A stretch of 64,000 nt of DNA from Deltaproteobacteria bacterium (GTDB lineage: Bacteria; Desulfobacterota; Deferrimicrobia; Deferrimicrobiales; Deferrimicrobiaceae): the NCBI GenBank assembly GCA_016234845.1, contig JACRNP010000090.1:3434-67433 (forward strand). Direction: 5' to 3'. Of this stretch, positions 1-8,523 are shown piece by piece. The translations under genes and the position numbers were made by a program. The notes under the pieces are model-generated. The model was given only the letters and a program-made list of their open reading frames with translations. It ran no database searches and was not told the origin of the DNA. Positions within the stretch are counted from its first letter, which is position 1. Each line of letters opens with the position of its first letter.

Positions 1-750
1 GCACGGGAAGACGATCTCCCCGGGATCCGCCGCGCGGAGGCGCCGGATGTTCTCCTCCACGCACGCCGACGCCGAGCGCCGGTCGCCCGAAACCATGGCC
101 GGGAGTCCGCAGCACGCCGCGTCCCGGAACACCGCCACCGTCTTTCCCGACGCCTTCACCGTCTCGTACGCCGCTCGTCCCACCCGCGGGAAGACGTGGT
201 CGAAGACGCACCCGACGAAGAGCATCGTTTCGCCGGACACCGCCTCCCGTTTGCGGAGCGACCGGATGAACCCTTTCGCCGGGAGCTCCGGGACCGTCCT
301 CCCCCCCCCGATCCCTTCCGGGAACCGGTAGTGGAGGCCGCTCCGGGTGGGGACCTTCGCCAGCAGGAGCCGCTCCGCGGCCGCCGCCGCCATCCGCGCG
401 GCCTCCGTCGCGGCGGGGGAGGCCATCACCTTCCCGAAGAGGACGCTCTTCCACGCCGGTATGCCGATCTCCTCCGCCAGGTCGGCCCGCCCCTTCATGA
501 CGATCTCCTCGACGAGCACCTGGTTCGGGCACGCCCGCTCGCACCGCCCGCACAGGAGGCAGTCCGTGAGCGCCTCCTGGATCGACGCCGCGTCGGGATC
601 CTCCCCGGACAGGGCCGCGTCGACCAGGGCCACCTTCCCCCGGGCCACCGCGATCTCCGCCTTCCGTTCCGGGTAGAGGGTGCAAACCGTCCGGCACGTG
701 CCGCACTTCGCGCACAGCCCGGTCAGCGCCTTGAGGTCGGGGTCCCTCAC
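1..750 (-). CDS. glcF: Glycolate oxidase iron-sulfur subunit GlcF-like protein, partial; the 3' end runs past the window start.
   Basis: My translation of the minus strand gives two CxxCxxCxxxCP ferredoxin motifs (CAKCGTCRTVCTLYP, CLLCGRCERACP) followed by CCG-domain-like Cys clusters (FVGCVFD, ACCGLP). A GTG start overlaps the glcD stop (GTGA). The ORF is open to position 1. Confidence 0.6.
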   Translation of the reverse strand, partial: MRDPDLKALTGLCAKCGTCRTVCTLYPERKAEIAVARGKVALVDAALSGEDPDAASIQEALTDCLLCGRCERACPNQVLVEEIVMKGRADLAEEIGIPAWKSVLFGKVMASPAATEAARMAAAAAERLLLAKVPTRSGLHYRFPEGIGGGRTVPELPAKGFIRSLRKREAVSGETMLFVGCVFDHVFPRVGRAAYETVKASGKTVAVFRDAACCGLPAMVSGDRRSASACVEENIRRLRAADPGEIVFPC

Positions 751-2186
751 CCTCTCACCGCGGCCTCGTCGAGGAAGATCTTCCCGGGATTCAGGATCCC
801 GTTCGGGTCGAAGCATCCTTTCAGCCGCTTCATCACGGAGACGCCCAGCGGGCCGACCTCCATCTCGAGGAACGGGGCCTTCGAGATCCCGCCCAGCGGG
901 CCGACCTCCATCTCGAGGAACGGGGCCTTCGAGATCCCGACCCCGTGCTCGCCCGAGATCGTGCCGCCCATCTCCACGGTCCTGCGAAACACCTCCTCCA
1001 CCGCTCCTTCCGCCCGCCGCGTCTCGTCCGCGTCGGTCCCGGAGATCAGGATGTTCACGTGGATGTTGCCGTCCCCGGCGTGGCCGAAATTCACGATCCG
1101 CACCCTTCGGCGTTCCGCGAGCTCCGCGAGGAACTCGAACATGTCCGCCAGGCGGCTGCGCGGCACGACGATGTCCTCGTTGAGCTTGACCGGGGCGATC
1201 CGGCGAAGCGCCGGGGAGATCGACCGCCGCAGCTTCCACAGCTCGTCCCTCCCCGGGGCGTCGGACGCTCGCCGGACGGCCAGCGCCCCGCCGGCGCGGC
1301 ACGTCTCCTCGAGGAGGTCCGTCTCCCTCGCGACCGATTCCACCGTCCCGTCCACTTCCAGGAGGAGCGCGCTGCCGGTCCCCTCGGGGAGCGCCACCGG
1401 GGCCGCCGCCTGGACGCAGTCGATGGCGGTCCGGTCCATGAGCTCCATCGCGGAGGGGGTGATCCGGGCGGCCACGATCGCGTTGACCGCGCAAACCGAC
1501 GCGCGGTTGCCCGGGAAAAGTGCCAGCAGCGTCGCCGCCGCCTGCGGGAGCGGCACGAGCCGAAGCGTCGCCCGGGTGACGATCCCCAGCGTCCCCTCCG
1601 ACCCGACCAGCAGCCTCGTCAGGTCGTAGCCGACCACTCCTTTCGCGGTGGTGACGCCCGTGCGGACCGTCTCCCCCGTGCCGAGCACCGCCTCGAGGCC
1701 GAGCACGTAGTCGCGCGTGACGCCGTACTTCACCGCGCACATCCCGCCCGCGCACTCCGCGATGTTCCCGCCGATGGTGCTGAATTTCAGCGACGCCGGG
1801 TCCGGAGGATAGAAGAGGCCCGCCTTGCGCGCCGCCTCCTTGAGGTTCTCCGTCACCACGCCCGGCTCGACGACCGCGTACAGGTTCACCGGGTCGATCG
1901 CGACGATCCGGTCCATCCGCTCGGTCGACAGGACGACGCCGCCCCGGACGGGGAGCGAGCCGCCGGAAAACCCGGAGCCGGCGCCGCGGGGGACCACCGG
2001 GAACCGGTGGCGGTTGGCGAGGAGGACGACCTGCCGCACCTCCTCGGCGTCGACGGGGAAGGCGACCGCGTCGGGGAGGAAACGGTTTCCCGTCGCGTCG
2101 TACGAGTAGCAGATGCGCGTCTCGAGGGAGCTCCGCAACCGGTCGCCGAGCAGATTCCCGAGCGCGGAGAGGGCTTCAGGGTGCAT
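747..2186 (-). CDS. glcD: FAD-linked glycolate oxidase / D-lactate dehydrogenase subunit GlcD.
   Basis: 479 aa with an FAD-binding PCMH fold (RGAGSGFSGG) and a C-terminal GEHGVG...NPGK segment typical of the GlcD/Dld family; it sits immediately upstream of glcF. Confidence 0.85.
   Translation of the reverse strand: MHPEALSALGNLLGDRLRSSLETRICYSYDATGNRFLPDAVAFPVDAEEVRQVVLLANRHRFPVVPRGAGSGFSGGSLPVRGGVVLSTERMDRIVAIDPVNLYAVVEPGVVTENLKEAARKAGLFYPPDPASLKFSTIGGNIAECAGGMCAVKYGVTRDYVLGLEAVLGTGETVRTGVTTAKGVVGYDLTRLLVGSEGTLGIVTRATLRLVPLPQAAATLLALFPGNRASVCAVNAIVAARITPSAMELMDRTAIDCVQAAAPVALPEGTGSALLLEVDGTVESVARETDLLEETCRAGGALAVRRASDAPGRDELWKLRRSISPALRRIAPVKLNEDIVVPRSRLADMFEFLAELAERRRVRIVNFGHAGDGNIHVNILISGTDADETRRAEGAVEEVFRRTVEMGGTISGEHGVGISKAPFLEMEVGPLGGISKAPFLEMEVGPLGVSVMKRLKGCFDPNGILNPGKIFLDEAAVRG
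845..940. repeat. Perfect 48-bp tandem duplication (2 copies) inside glcD.
   Basis: The unit cccagcgggccgacctccatctcgaggaacggggccttcgagatcccg occurs twice back to back. It stays in frame and duplicates the 16-aa segment GISKAPFLEMEVGPLG. Confidence 0.8.
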
Positions 2187-2230
2187 CGGAAAAGTCTATC
2201 ACGCCGGGAACGACGACGCGGGGCGGCGGC

Positions 2231-2998
2231 TTACCCCTCGAGGGAGTGTATGAACGCGGCGATGACCGCGTTGACCTCGGTGGGCTTCTCGAGCATGGCG
2301 AGGTGGCCGGCGCCGTGGACGATCTTGAGCACGGCCCCGTCGATGTTCGTCGCGAGGTATTGCCCGTACTTGAGCGGCGTCAGCCGGTCGTCGTCCCCGT
2401 TCACCACGAGCGTCGGGACGCGGACCTCTCCGAGGCGGCTCATCGCGTCGAACCCGTTGCACGCGCGGAAGTCGGCGAGGAAGGCCTCCGGCCGGGTGGA
2501 GAGGACGTCGGCCACGACGTCGTCGCGCAGCTCGGAGGCGGGTGCGGAGGAGAGCATCCACCCCACGAGCTCCGGCGCGAACTCCCGGTACCGGGAGGAG
2601 ATCCCCTCGAACACCGCCGGCGCGATCTTCAGGCGCGCCCCGGAACCGATCAGGACGAGCGCCTCGATCCCCGGAACCCCGTCCAGCAAGGACTGGAGCG
2701 CGATCGCCCCCCCCATGGAGTGGCCGGCCAGTACGATCTTCGACAGCCCCAGCTCCCGCGCGAACTCCCCGACCCACTCCGCGTAGGCGGAAACCGTCTC
2801 CCGGGGAGAGCCCCCGCTCCGGGCGTGGCCGGGAAGATCCGGGATCACGATGCGCACGGTCCCCTTCAAGCCCGCCCACTGGTCGCGGAAGGTGTGGTGG
2901 GAGCCTCCCGCCCCGTGGAGGAACACCACCGTGTGCGGGCTCGCCTTCACGCTGTCCTGGAAGTGGACGGTCTCCCCTGCGACGGCGATCTCGGGCAT
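2231..2998 (-). CDS. Alpha/beta-fold hydrolase.
   Basis: Contains the HGAGGS oxyanion region and a GHSMGG nucleophile elbow. The likely start is the internal MPEIAVAG rather than the longest ORF. Confidence 0.7.
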   Translation of the reverse strand: MPEIAVAGETVHFQDSVKASPHTVVFLHGAGGSHHTFRDQWAGLKGTVRIVIPDLPGHARSGGSPRETVSAYAEWVGEFARELGLSKIVLAGHSMGGAIALQSLLDGVPGIEALVLIGSGARLKIAPAVFEGISSRYREFAPELVGWMLSSAPASELRDDVVADVLSTRPEAFLADFRACNGFDAMSRLGEVRVPTLVVNGDDDRLTPLKYGQYLATNIDGAVLKIVHGAGHLAMLEKPTEVNAVIAAFIHSLEG

Positions 2999-3045
2999 CG
3001 GACTCCTCTCGTCACTCCGTGGTGGGTGGGAAAAGTATATCCAAA

Positions 3046-3061
3046 AAACCGGAGCCGGTTT
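3046..3061. promoter_or_regulatory. Perfect palindrome AAACCGGAGCCGGTTT in the divergent intergenic region between the hydrolase gene and the Fe-S oxidoreductase gene.
   Basis: It has 7-bp inverted arms with a 2-bp spacer, 50 nt upstream of the 3112 start. It is either a candidate operator or a small hairpin. Confidence 0.25.
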
Positions 3062-3111
3062 GCGATAAGATTGCAGTGGTCCTTCCCAGTCCATCAAGGA
3101 GCGTTCACCCG

Positions 3112-5133
3112 ATGAAGACGGTCGGCCGGGAAATCATGTGGAACCTGCCGCACGAGGCGGCGGTCGTTATGTACTCCCTCCTGGCGGTGCTCCTGCTGGT
3201 CGTCGCCTGGGGCGCGTGGACCCGGGTCGAGGCGTACCGCAGGGGCCGTGCGGAGCGGGAGGACCGGTTCGACGGCCTCCGAGGACGACTGCTCGACGTT
3301 TTCCGGCTCGCCCTCGGGCAACGGCGGGTGCTCGACCGGAAGTTCGGCGGGCTGGTCCACCTGTGCATCTTCTCGGCGTTCATCGTCCTGTTCATCGTCA
3401 CGTGCCTCGTGGCGGTGGAGTACGACTTCGGGGTGATGATCCTCGACGGGAATTTCTACATCGTCTTCAAGCTGTTCGCGGAGACGTTCGGGGCGCTGCT
3501 CCTTCTCGGCGTCGCGGGCGCCCTCGTGCGCCGCGCCCTCTTCCGTCCGGAAGGGCTGACGCGCGATAACGACGACCTGCTGCAGCTCCTCCTGATCGGC
3601 GCGATCGGCGTCACCGGCTTCCTGATCGAGACGTCCCGGATCGCGGCCACGCACCCCGCGATCGCCCCGGTCTCCTACGTCAGCAACGCCCTCGCGCCGC
3701 TCCTGTTCGGCGGGATGCCGCTTTCGGAGATCCTCTCCGTCCACCGTGCGCTGTGGTGGGCCCATCTCCTGATCGCCTTCGGTTTCCTCGGCTCGATCCC
3801 GTTCACGAAGATGATCCACATGGGGACCGGGACGGCGAGCGTCTTCCTCCGCACGTCCCGCCCGAAGGGGGCGCTCCAGCCGATCCCGGACATCGAGGAG
3901 GAGGAGAAGCCCGGCGTCCTGGCGGTCGAGGATTTCTCCTGGAAGCAGCTCCTCTCGGCCGACGGATGCACCAAGTGCGGGAGGTGCCAGGACGAGTGCC
4001 CCGCCTACGCCGCGGAGATGCCGCTGTCGCCGCGCGACGTGGTCCTCAAGACGAAGGAGCAGCTCGGCGCCGACATCCGGTGCGGCCTCGTGCCGTCCGC
4101 GGCGTCGATCGACAAGTCCACGGGGAAGCGGATCGTCCCCGACTTCGCCCGCGAGGTGTTGACCCCGGAGGAGATCTGGGCGTGCACCACCTGCCGTGCG
4201 TGCATGCAGGCGTGCCCCGTCCTGATCGAGCACATCGACATGATCGTCGACGTCCGCCGCGGGTACGTCGCCTCCTCGAAGATCCCCGACACCGTGCGGA
4301 CCGCGCTCCGGAAGATGGGCGACACGGGGAACCCGTGGGGGTTGCCGCAGGACGACCGGATCGCCTGGGCCGCGGGGGTGGACGTCCCGTTCGCCGCGGA
4401 CGGGAAGGAGTTCGAATACCTGTACTGGGTGGGGTGCGCCGGGGCGTACGACCCGAGGAACCAGAAGGTCACCCGGGCGATCGTGTCGCTCCTCAACCGC
4501 GCGGGGGTGAGTTACGCCACCCTCGGGTCCGAGGAGATGTGCTGCGGCGAATCGGCGCGCCGGATGGGAGAGGAGGGGCTCTTCCAGCTCGGGATGGTCG
4601 AAATGGTGAAGGAGCTGTTCGCCGGCTACAAGGTGAGGAAGGTGATCACCCAGTGCCCGCACTGCTTCAACACCTTCCGCAACGAGTACCCGCAGTTCGG
4701 CGTGAATGTCGAGGTCATCCACCACTCCGTCCTGATCCGGGACCTCGTCGCGCAGGGGAAGCTCGTGCCGCGGAAGGCGAACAACCTCGCGCTGGCGTTC
4801 CACGACTCGTGCTATCTCGGCCGGCACAACGATGTCTTCGACGCCCCCCGCGAGGCGCTGGGCGCCATTCCGGGAATCTCCCTGAACGAGATGGAGCGGA
4901 ACCGGGAGCGCGGATTCTGCTGCGGGGCGGGCGGCGGCGGGATGTGGATGGAGTCGCCGGGGAAGCGGATCAACCACCTGCGCTTCGACCAGGCGATGCG
5001 GACCGGTTCGAACGCCGTGGGGTCCGCGTGCCCCTACTGCCTCATCATGTTCGACGACGCGATCAAGTTCAACAACCTCGAGGATTCGGTGCAGGCGAAG
5101 GACGTCGCCGAGCTGGTCGCGGAGTCGATTTAG
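3112..5133 (+). CDS. Membrane-bound Fe-S oxidoreductase. An N-terminal NarI/DsrM/HdrE-like heme-b membrane domain is fused to a 2x[4Fe-4S] ferredoxin domain and HdrD/DsrK/GlpC-type CCG domains.
   Basis: Translation starts at MKTVGREIM; the upstream 190 aa of the ORF is RPA-rich junk. The N-terminal domain has 5-6 hydrophobic helices with conserved His. It is followed by CTKCGRCQDECP and CTTCRACMQACP motifs, then the CCG motifs YWVGCAGAYDPR...CCGE and QCPHCFNTF...CPYCL. Confidence 0.8.
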   Translation: MKTVGREIMWNLPHEAAVVMYSLLAVLLLVVAWGAWTRVEAYRRGRAEREDRFDGLRGRLLDVFRLALGQRRVLDRKFGGLVHLCIFSAFIVLFIVTCLVAVEYDFGVMILDGNFYIVFKLFAETFGALLLLGVAGALVRRALFRPEGLTRDNDDLLQLLLIGAIGVTGFLIETSRIAATHPAIAPVSYVSNALAPLLFGGMPLSEILSVHRALWWAHLLIAFGFLGSIPFTKMIHMGTGTASVFLRTSRPKGALQPIPDIEEEEKPGVLAVEDFSWKQLLSADGCTKCGRCQDECPAYAAEMPLSPRDVVLKTKEQLGADIRCGLVPSAASIDKSTGKRIVPDFAREVLTPEEIWACTTCRACMQACPVLIEHIDMIVDVRRGYVASSKIPDTVRTALRKMGDTGNPWGLPQDDRIAWAAGVDVPFAADGKEFEYLYWVGCAGAYDPRNQKVTRAIVSLLNRAGVSYATLGSEEMCCGESARRMGEEGLFQLGMVEMVKELFAGYKVRKVITQCPHCFNTFRNEYPQFGVNVEVIHHSVLIRDLVAQGKLVPRKANNLALAFHDSCYLGRHNDVFDAPREALGAIPGISLNEMERNRERGFCCGAGGGGMWMESPGKRINHLRFDQAMRTGSNAVGSACPYCLIMFDDAIKFNNLEDSVQAKDVAELVAESI

Positions 5134-5166
5134 CCCCTCACCCATCGAGAGCGATTATCGTTGCAA

Positions 5167-5202
5167 GGGAAGTTGCCGCCCGGCAACTTCCCTTTTTTCT
5201 TT
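5167..5202 (+). terminator. Rho-independent terminator.
   Basis: GGGAAGTTGCCG-CCC-GGCAACTTCCC hairpin followed by TTTTTTCTTT, 34 nt after the stop of the Fe-S oxidoreductase gene. Confidence 0.7.
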
Positions 5203-5278
5203 ATCAACCCGGGTTGTTTTTATACAATCCGTCTTGGCACCCGTTTCCCGCAGAGCAGGTTCCGCCAGGGAGGAAGCG

Positions 5279-6877
5279 ATGACAGTGGACTCCCCGTCAG
5301 GGAACACCCTTTCGAATCTCTTGAAGAAACGATTGAAAACGTTGGGATTTCCGTCGCTGCGGAGGTTCCACGCGGATCGCCCCGGTCTCCGGCTGAGCTA
5401 CGAGGTTCTTCGGCAGGTGGTCTACACGGATCATGTCCCGCGGCCGGAAACATTGTTCCGCATCCTTGAATCCATGCAGTTCTCATCGAGCCAGATCCGG
5501 AAGATCTGCGGAATGCACTACGGAGACTACCTGCCCATCCATTCGGCCGCGGCATCGGACACCCCCGTCCTCGCCTCCTCTCCGAAGGAGTTCCCCGGAA
5601 ACCAGGATCCTCCGCCGGACGAAGCGGGGGGCGCGACGCCGCTCGAGGAACCCGGGGAGATCGTTTCCCGCCTTCGCGCCGCCCTGCCCCGGATACCGGT
5701 CCCGGGCAACGAGGATTTCTGGGAGATGGCGCAGTCGATGGCGCGGATCGCGGAGCAGAAGGTGCGCAGGGCCTCCGCGCGGCACGCGGAGCAGCCGTTC
5801 CTGTTCGCCGGGGAACCCGAGGCGATCTACCAGTTCCTCGTCCGAAGGAACCGGATCCCCGCGTTCCTGTCCCGGGGGGAGAACCTCTCCCTCTCGTTCG
5901 TGGACGGGATCGACTACCGGGACCGGTTCCTCGGAGCGATGCTCGGGTCCGCCATCGGGGAAATGCTGGGAACCGTCACCCTGGGGCTGACATCCCGGGA
6001 CGTGCAGGAGCTGTACGGCGAACCGTCGGAGCTGCCGGCGATCCAGCCGGCGCGGGGAGCGGGGGCGGCCGCGCCGGCCTCTCCCCTGCTCGCGGTTTCC
6101 CTCTCCCTCCTTCCCGACGGGCTGCTGGACCCCGGAAAGACGGCCGATGCGCTGGCCCGCGCGGTCCGGCGGGACGATTCGCCGGGGCTGCTCGGGTTCG
6201 CGAGGAACCTTCTCGAGCGCGGGCTTCCGTGGCACGAAGCCGGTGAAATCCAGCCGGAGGGGACGCCGGGCGTCTTCGTCCTCCCGCTGGTCCTGCTTCG
6301 GGCGGGAAACTTCCGCCGACTGAAGCTCGAGGCGGGGATCCTGGCCTCGCTGTCGCACCCGCACCCGGCGGCGATCGCGGCGGCGATCGCACAGGCGTGC
6401 GCGGTCGCGCGCACCCTTCACTCGGTCCCGGGTTCGCTGGACGTGCTCTCCTTTCCCCGGGCCCTCTCCCCGGTGATCGCCGGAATCGAGCCGGAACGGG
6501 GGTCCAAGCCGAGGACGGGACGGGCGGCCCCGACCGTCGGGCGGAAACTGGGCGCGGAGCTGCCGGCGCTTCTCCTGCGCCGCGCCCCGGTCAACGAGAT
6601 GCAGGAAGAGTTGGGCAACGGAGCCGCGGCCCACGAAGGGATCCCTTTCGCCCTGGGGTGCTTTCTCCGTTCCCCGGGGGATTTCGCCGGCGCCGTGCTG
6701 CCGGCGGTCGGGCAGGGAGGGGACGCGCGCTCCATCGCGGCGATGGCCGGGGCGTTGTCCGGGGCGTACGTCGGCGCGTCCGGGATCCCGGAACGGTTCC
6801 TGTCGTCCCTTCCGTGCCGTGAAGGATTTTCGGATGCGGCGGAGCGCCTCCTGGCGCTTTCCCGCCGCGAAGGGTGA
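5279..6877 (+). CDS. XRE-type HTH domain fused to an ADP-ribosylglycohydrolase (DraG/ARH)-like domain.
   Basis: The N-terminal HTH is LSYEVLRQVVYTDHVPRPETLFRIL. A Pro-rich linker follows. The C-terminal domain carries GAMLGSAIGEMLG and GGDARSIAAMAGALSGAYVG, which are counterparts of the ARH GxxxGDAxGD and GGDTDT motifs but with metal-ligand Asp replaced by Glu/Arg. Confidence 0.7.
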   Translation: MTVDSPSGNTLSNLLKKRLKTLGFPSLRRFHADRPGLRLSYEVLRQVVYTDHVPRPETLFRILESMQFSSSQIRKICGMHYGDYLPIHSAAASDTPVLASSPKEFPGNQDPPPDEAGGATPLEEPGEIVSRLRAALPRIPVPGNEDFWEMAQSMARIAEQKVRRASARHAEQPFLFAGEPEAIYQFLVRRNRIPAFLSRGENLSLSFVDGIDYRDRFLGAMLGSAIGEMLGTVTLGLTSRDVQELYGEPSELPAIQPARGAGAAAPASPLLAVSLSLLPDGLLDPGKTADALARAVRRDDSPGLLGFARNLLERGLPWHEAGEIQPEGTPGVFVLPLVLLRAGNFRRLKLEAGILASLSHPHPAAIAAAIAQACAVARTLHSVPGSLDVLSFPRALSPVIAGIEPERGSKPRTGRAAPTVGRKLGAELPALLLRRAPVNEMQEELGNGAAAHEGIPFALGCFLRSPGDFAGAVLPAVGQGGDARSIAAMAGALSGAYVGASGIPERFLSSLPCREGFSDAAERLLALSRREG

Positions 6878-6897
6878 TGCCGGGGCTCCGCGCGGTT

Positions 6898-7521
6898 TTA
6901 GCCGCCCGCGGCCGCCACGCCCGGAGAGCGGAGCCCTTCGGAGAGGATCCGGTACACTTCGTCCGCGGTGACGGACGGGTGGTACTTCGGCTTCTTCGAA
7001 AGGATGTACGTGCGCGAGAGCTCGTCCATCGCGCCGAAGACGACCCTGCGGGCGACCCCCACGTTCAGGTCGGACCGGAAGACGCCTTCCCGCTTCCCCT
7101 CCTCGAGGATGTCGCTGATGACCTCGAGGTAGTCGAAGAACTTGACGGGGGTGTAGTCCTTCAGGAACTTGCTGCTCTGCCGGAGCTCCACCTGGATCAC
7201 CTCGATCAGCCCGGCCTCGCGCTCCAGAAGGTCCATGTGGTTGTCGATGAAGATCTTGAGCCTCCCGAGAGCGCCGTTCCCGGCGGCGATCCGCCGGCGG
7301 ACGTCGGATACGACCTCCCCCATCTTCTCCTCGAAAAGGGATATCAGCAGGTCGTCCTTGTTCCGGAAGTAGAGGTAGATGGTCCCGTCGGCCACGCCCG
7401 ACGCGCGGGCGATCTCCGCCACCTTGGAGTTGAAGAACCCTTTTTGTGAAAAGATCCGGATGGCGGCGCGAAGGATCCGATCCCGCTTGTCCGCACCGTT
7501 TTTCGGACTCCGCCTGGGCAT
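6898..7521 (-). CDS. TetR/AcrR-family transcriptional regulator.
   Basis: N-terminal TetR HTH (RDRILRAAIRIFSQKGFFNSKVAEIARASGVADGTIYLYFRNKDDL); 207 aa. Confidence 0.85.
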   Translation of the reverse strand: MPRRSPKNGADKRDRILRAAIRIFSQKGFFNSKVAEIARASGVADGTIYLYFRNKDDLLISLFEEKMGEVVSDVRRRIAAGNGALGRLKIFIDNHMDLLEREAGLIEVIQVELRQSSKFLKDYTPVKFFDYLEVISDILEEGKREGVFRSDLNVGVARRVVFGAMDELSRTYILSKKPKYHPSVTADEVYRILSEGLRSPGVAAAGG

Positions 7522-7541
7522 CGACGCACCCCTTTCGTGGA

Positions 7542-7555
7542 TGAATCGTCATTCA
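7542..7555. promoter_or_regulatory. Palindrome TGAATCGTCATTCA immediately upstream of the TetR gene; candidate TetR operator.
   Basis: 5-bp inverted arms TGAAT/ATTCA with a 4-bp spacer, about 20 nt upstream of the TetR start codon. Confidence 0.3.
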
Positions 7556-7628
7556 CCGGACGAAGGTACGCCCGGCGGGAACCGCTGTCAAGAAGACGGG
7601 ATGCGGTGGGTGTTTCGGTCGGCCCGGT

Positions 7629-8408
7629 CTACTCGCGGAAACCGAGCCGCGCGGAGAGAGCCTTCGCCGCACGGTCGACTTCGGGTCCGACCACCTGGGC
7701 GATCCGGTCGTCCGGGAGCCGGTGCGCGGGTCCCGTGACGCTGATCGCCCCCACCACCTTGCGGGTGTAGTCCTGGATGGGGCTGGCGATGCACCGAAGC
7801 CCCTCTTCGAACTCCTCGAGGTCGGTGGCGTACCCCCTCTCCCGCGCGGAGGAAAGGTCCTTCAGGATTTCGGCGACCTGCACCTTGGTGTTCTTCGTGA
7901 ACCGGGGGACCTCCCCGGAGAACCGCTTGGAGAGCTCCTCGTCCGAATCGAACAGGACCAGCGCCTTCCCGGCGGCCGTTGCGTGGATCGGCATGTGGAG
8001 TCCCACGCGGGACACGACCCGCACGGTGGACGTGGTCTCCACCGCGTCGAGGTAAACGACCTCGTTCCCCCGCAGGATGGAGATGTAGCTCGTCTCGCCG
8101 GTCGTTCCGGCAAGTTCCTCGAGGATGGACTTCGCCTGTTTCAGCAACCCCCGCTGCCGGATGAAAGTCTGCCCCAGCTCGAGGCACTTGATCCCGAGCC
8201 GGTAATTGTCGTTCGAACGGTTCTGCTCGATGTAATTCCTGGACTGGAGGGTGGCGAGGATTCGGAAGACGTTGTTTTTATGCAGCTTTAGCTTCTTGCT
8301 GAGCTCGGTGACGCCGAGCTCGTCCATGTCGCCCCGGAACTCCTCGAGCACGTCGAGTGCGTGTGCGACGGACTGGATGATATAGTTCGACTTGTCTCGG
8401 CGTACCAT
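7629..8408 (-). CDS. IclR-family transcriptional regulator.
   Basis: IclR-type HTH (SVAHALDVLEEF...LGVTELSKKLKLHKNNVFRILATL) followed by a C-terminal effector-binding domain; 259 aa. Confidence 0.85.
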   Translation of the reverse strand: MVRRDKSNYIIQSVAHALDVLEEFRGDMDELGVTELSKKLKLHKNNVFRILATLQSRNYIEQNRSNDNYRLGIKCLELGQTFIRQRGLLKQAKSILEELAGTTGETSYISILRGNEVVYLDAVETTSTVRVVSRVGLHMPIHATAAGKALVLFDSDEELSKRFSGEVPRFTKNTKVQVAEILKDLSSARERGYATDLEEFEEGLRCIASPIQDYTRKVVGAISVTGPAHRLPDDRIAQVVGPEVDRAAKALSARLGFRE

Positions 8409-8523
8409 GGAAATGGATCCCCCCGGCCAATCGCTGTTTTATTGAAAAACAAACACTGTTAGATATATTGGAACGAGGGGCACGTGTCAACAAAAAGATG
8501 GAACCGTATCGCGTTCGGCGAAT

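Noticed and set aside
196-2786. Long plus-strand ORFs (196..1629, 945..2786, 680..1183) overlapping glcF/glcD.
   Set aside because: Their translations are Arg/Pro/Gly/Ala-rich low-complexity strings typical of alternative frames in 70% GC DNA. They lie antisense to well-supported GlcD/GlcF coding sequence.
2542-3111. N-terminal 190 aa of ORF 2542..5133.
   Set aside because: RPA-rich junk that overlaps the divergent hydrolase gene. Real translation starts at MKTVGREIM (3112) with the membrane domain.
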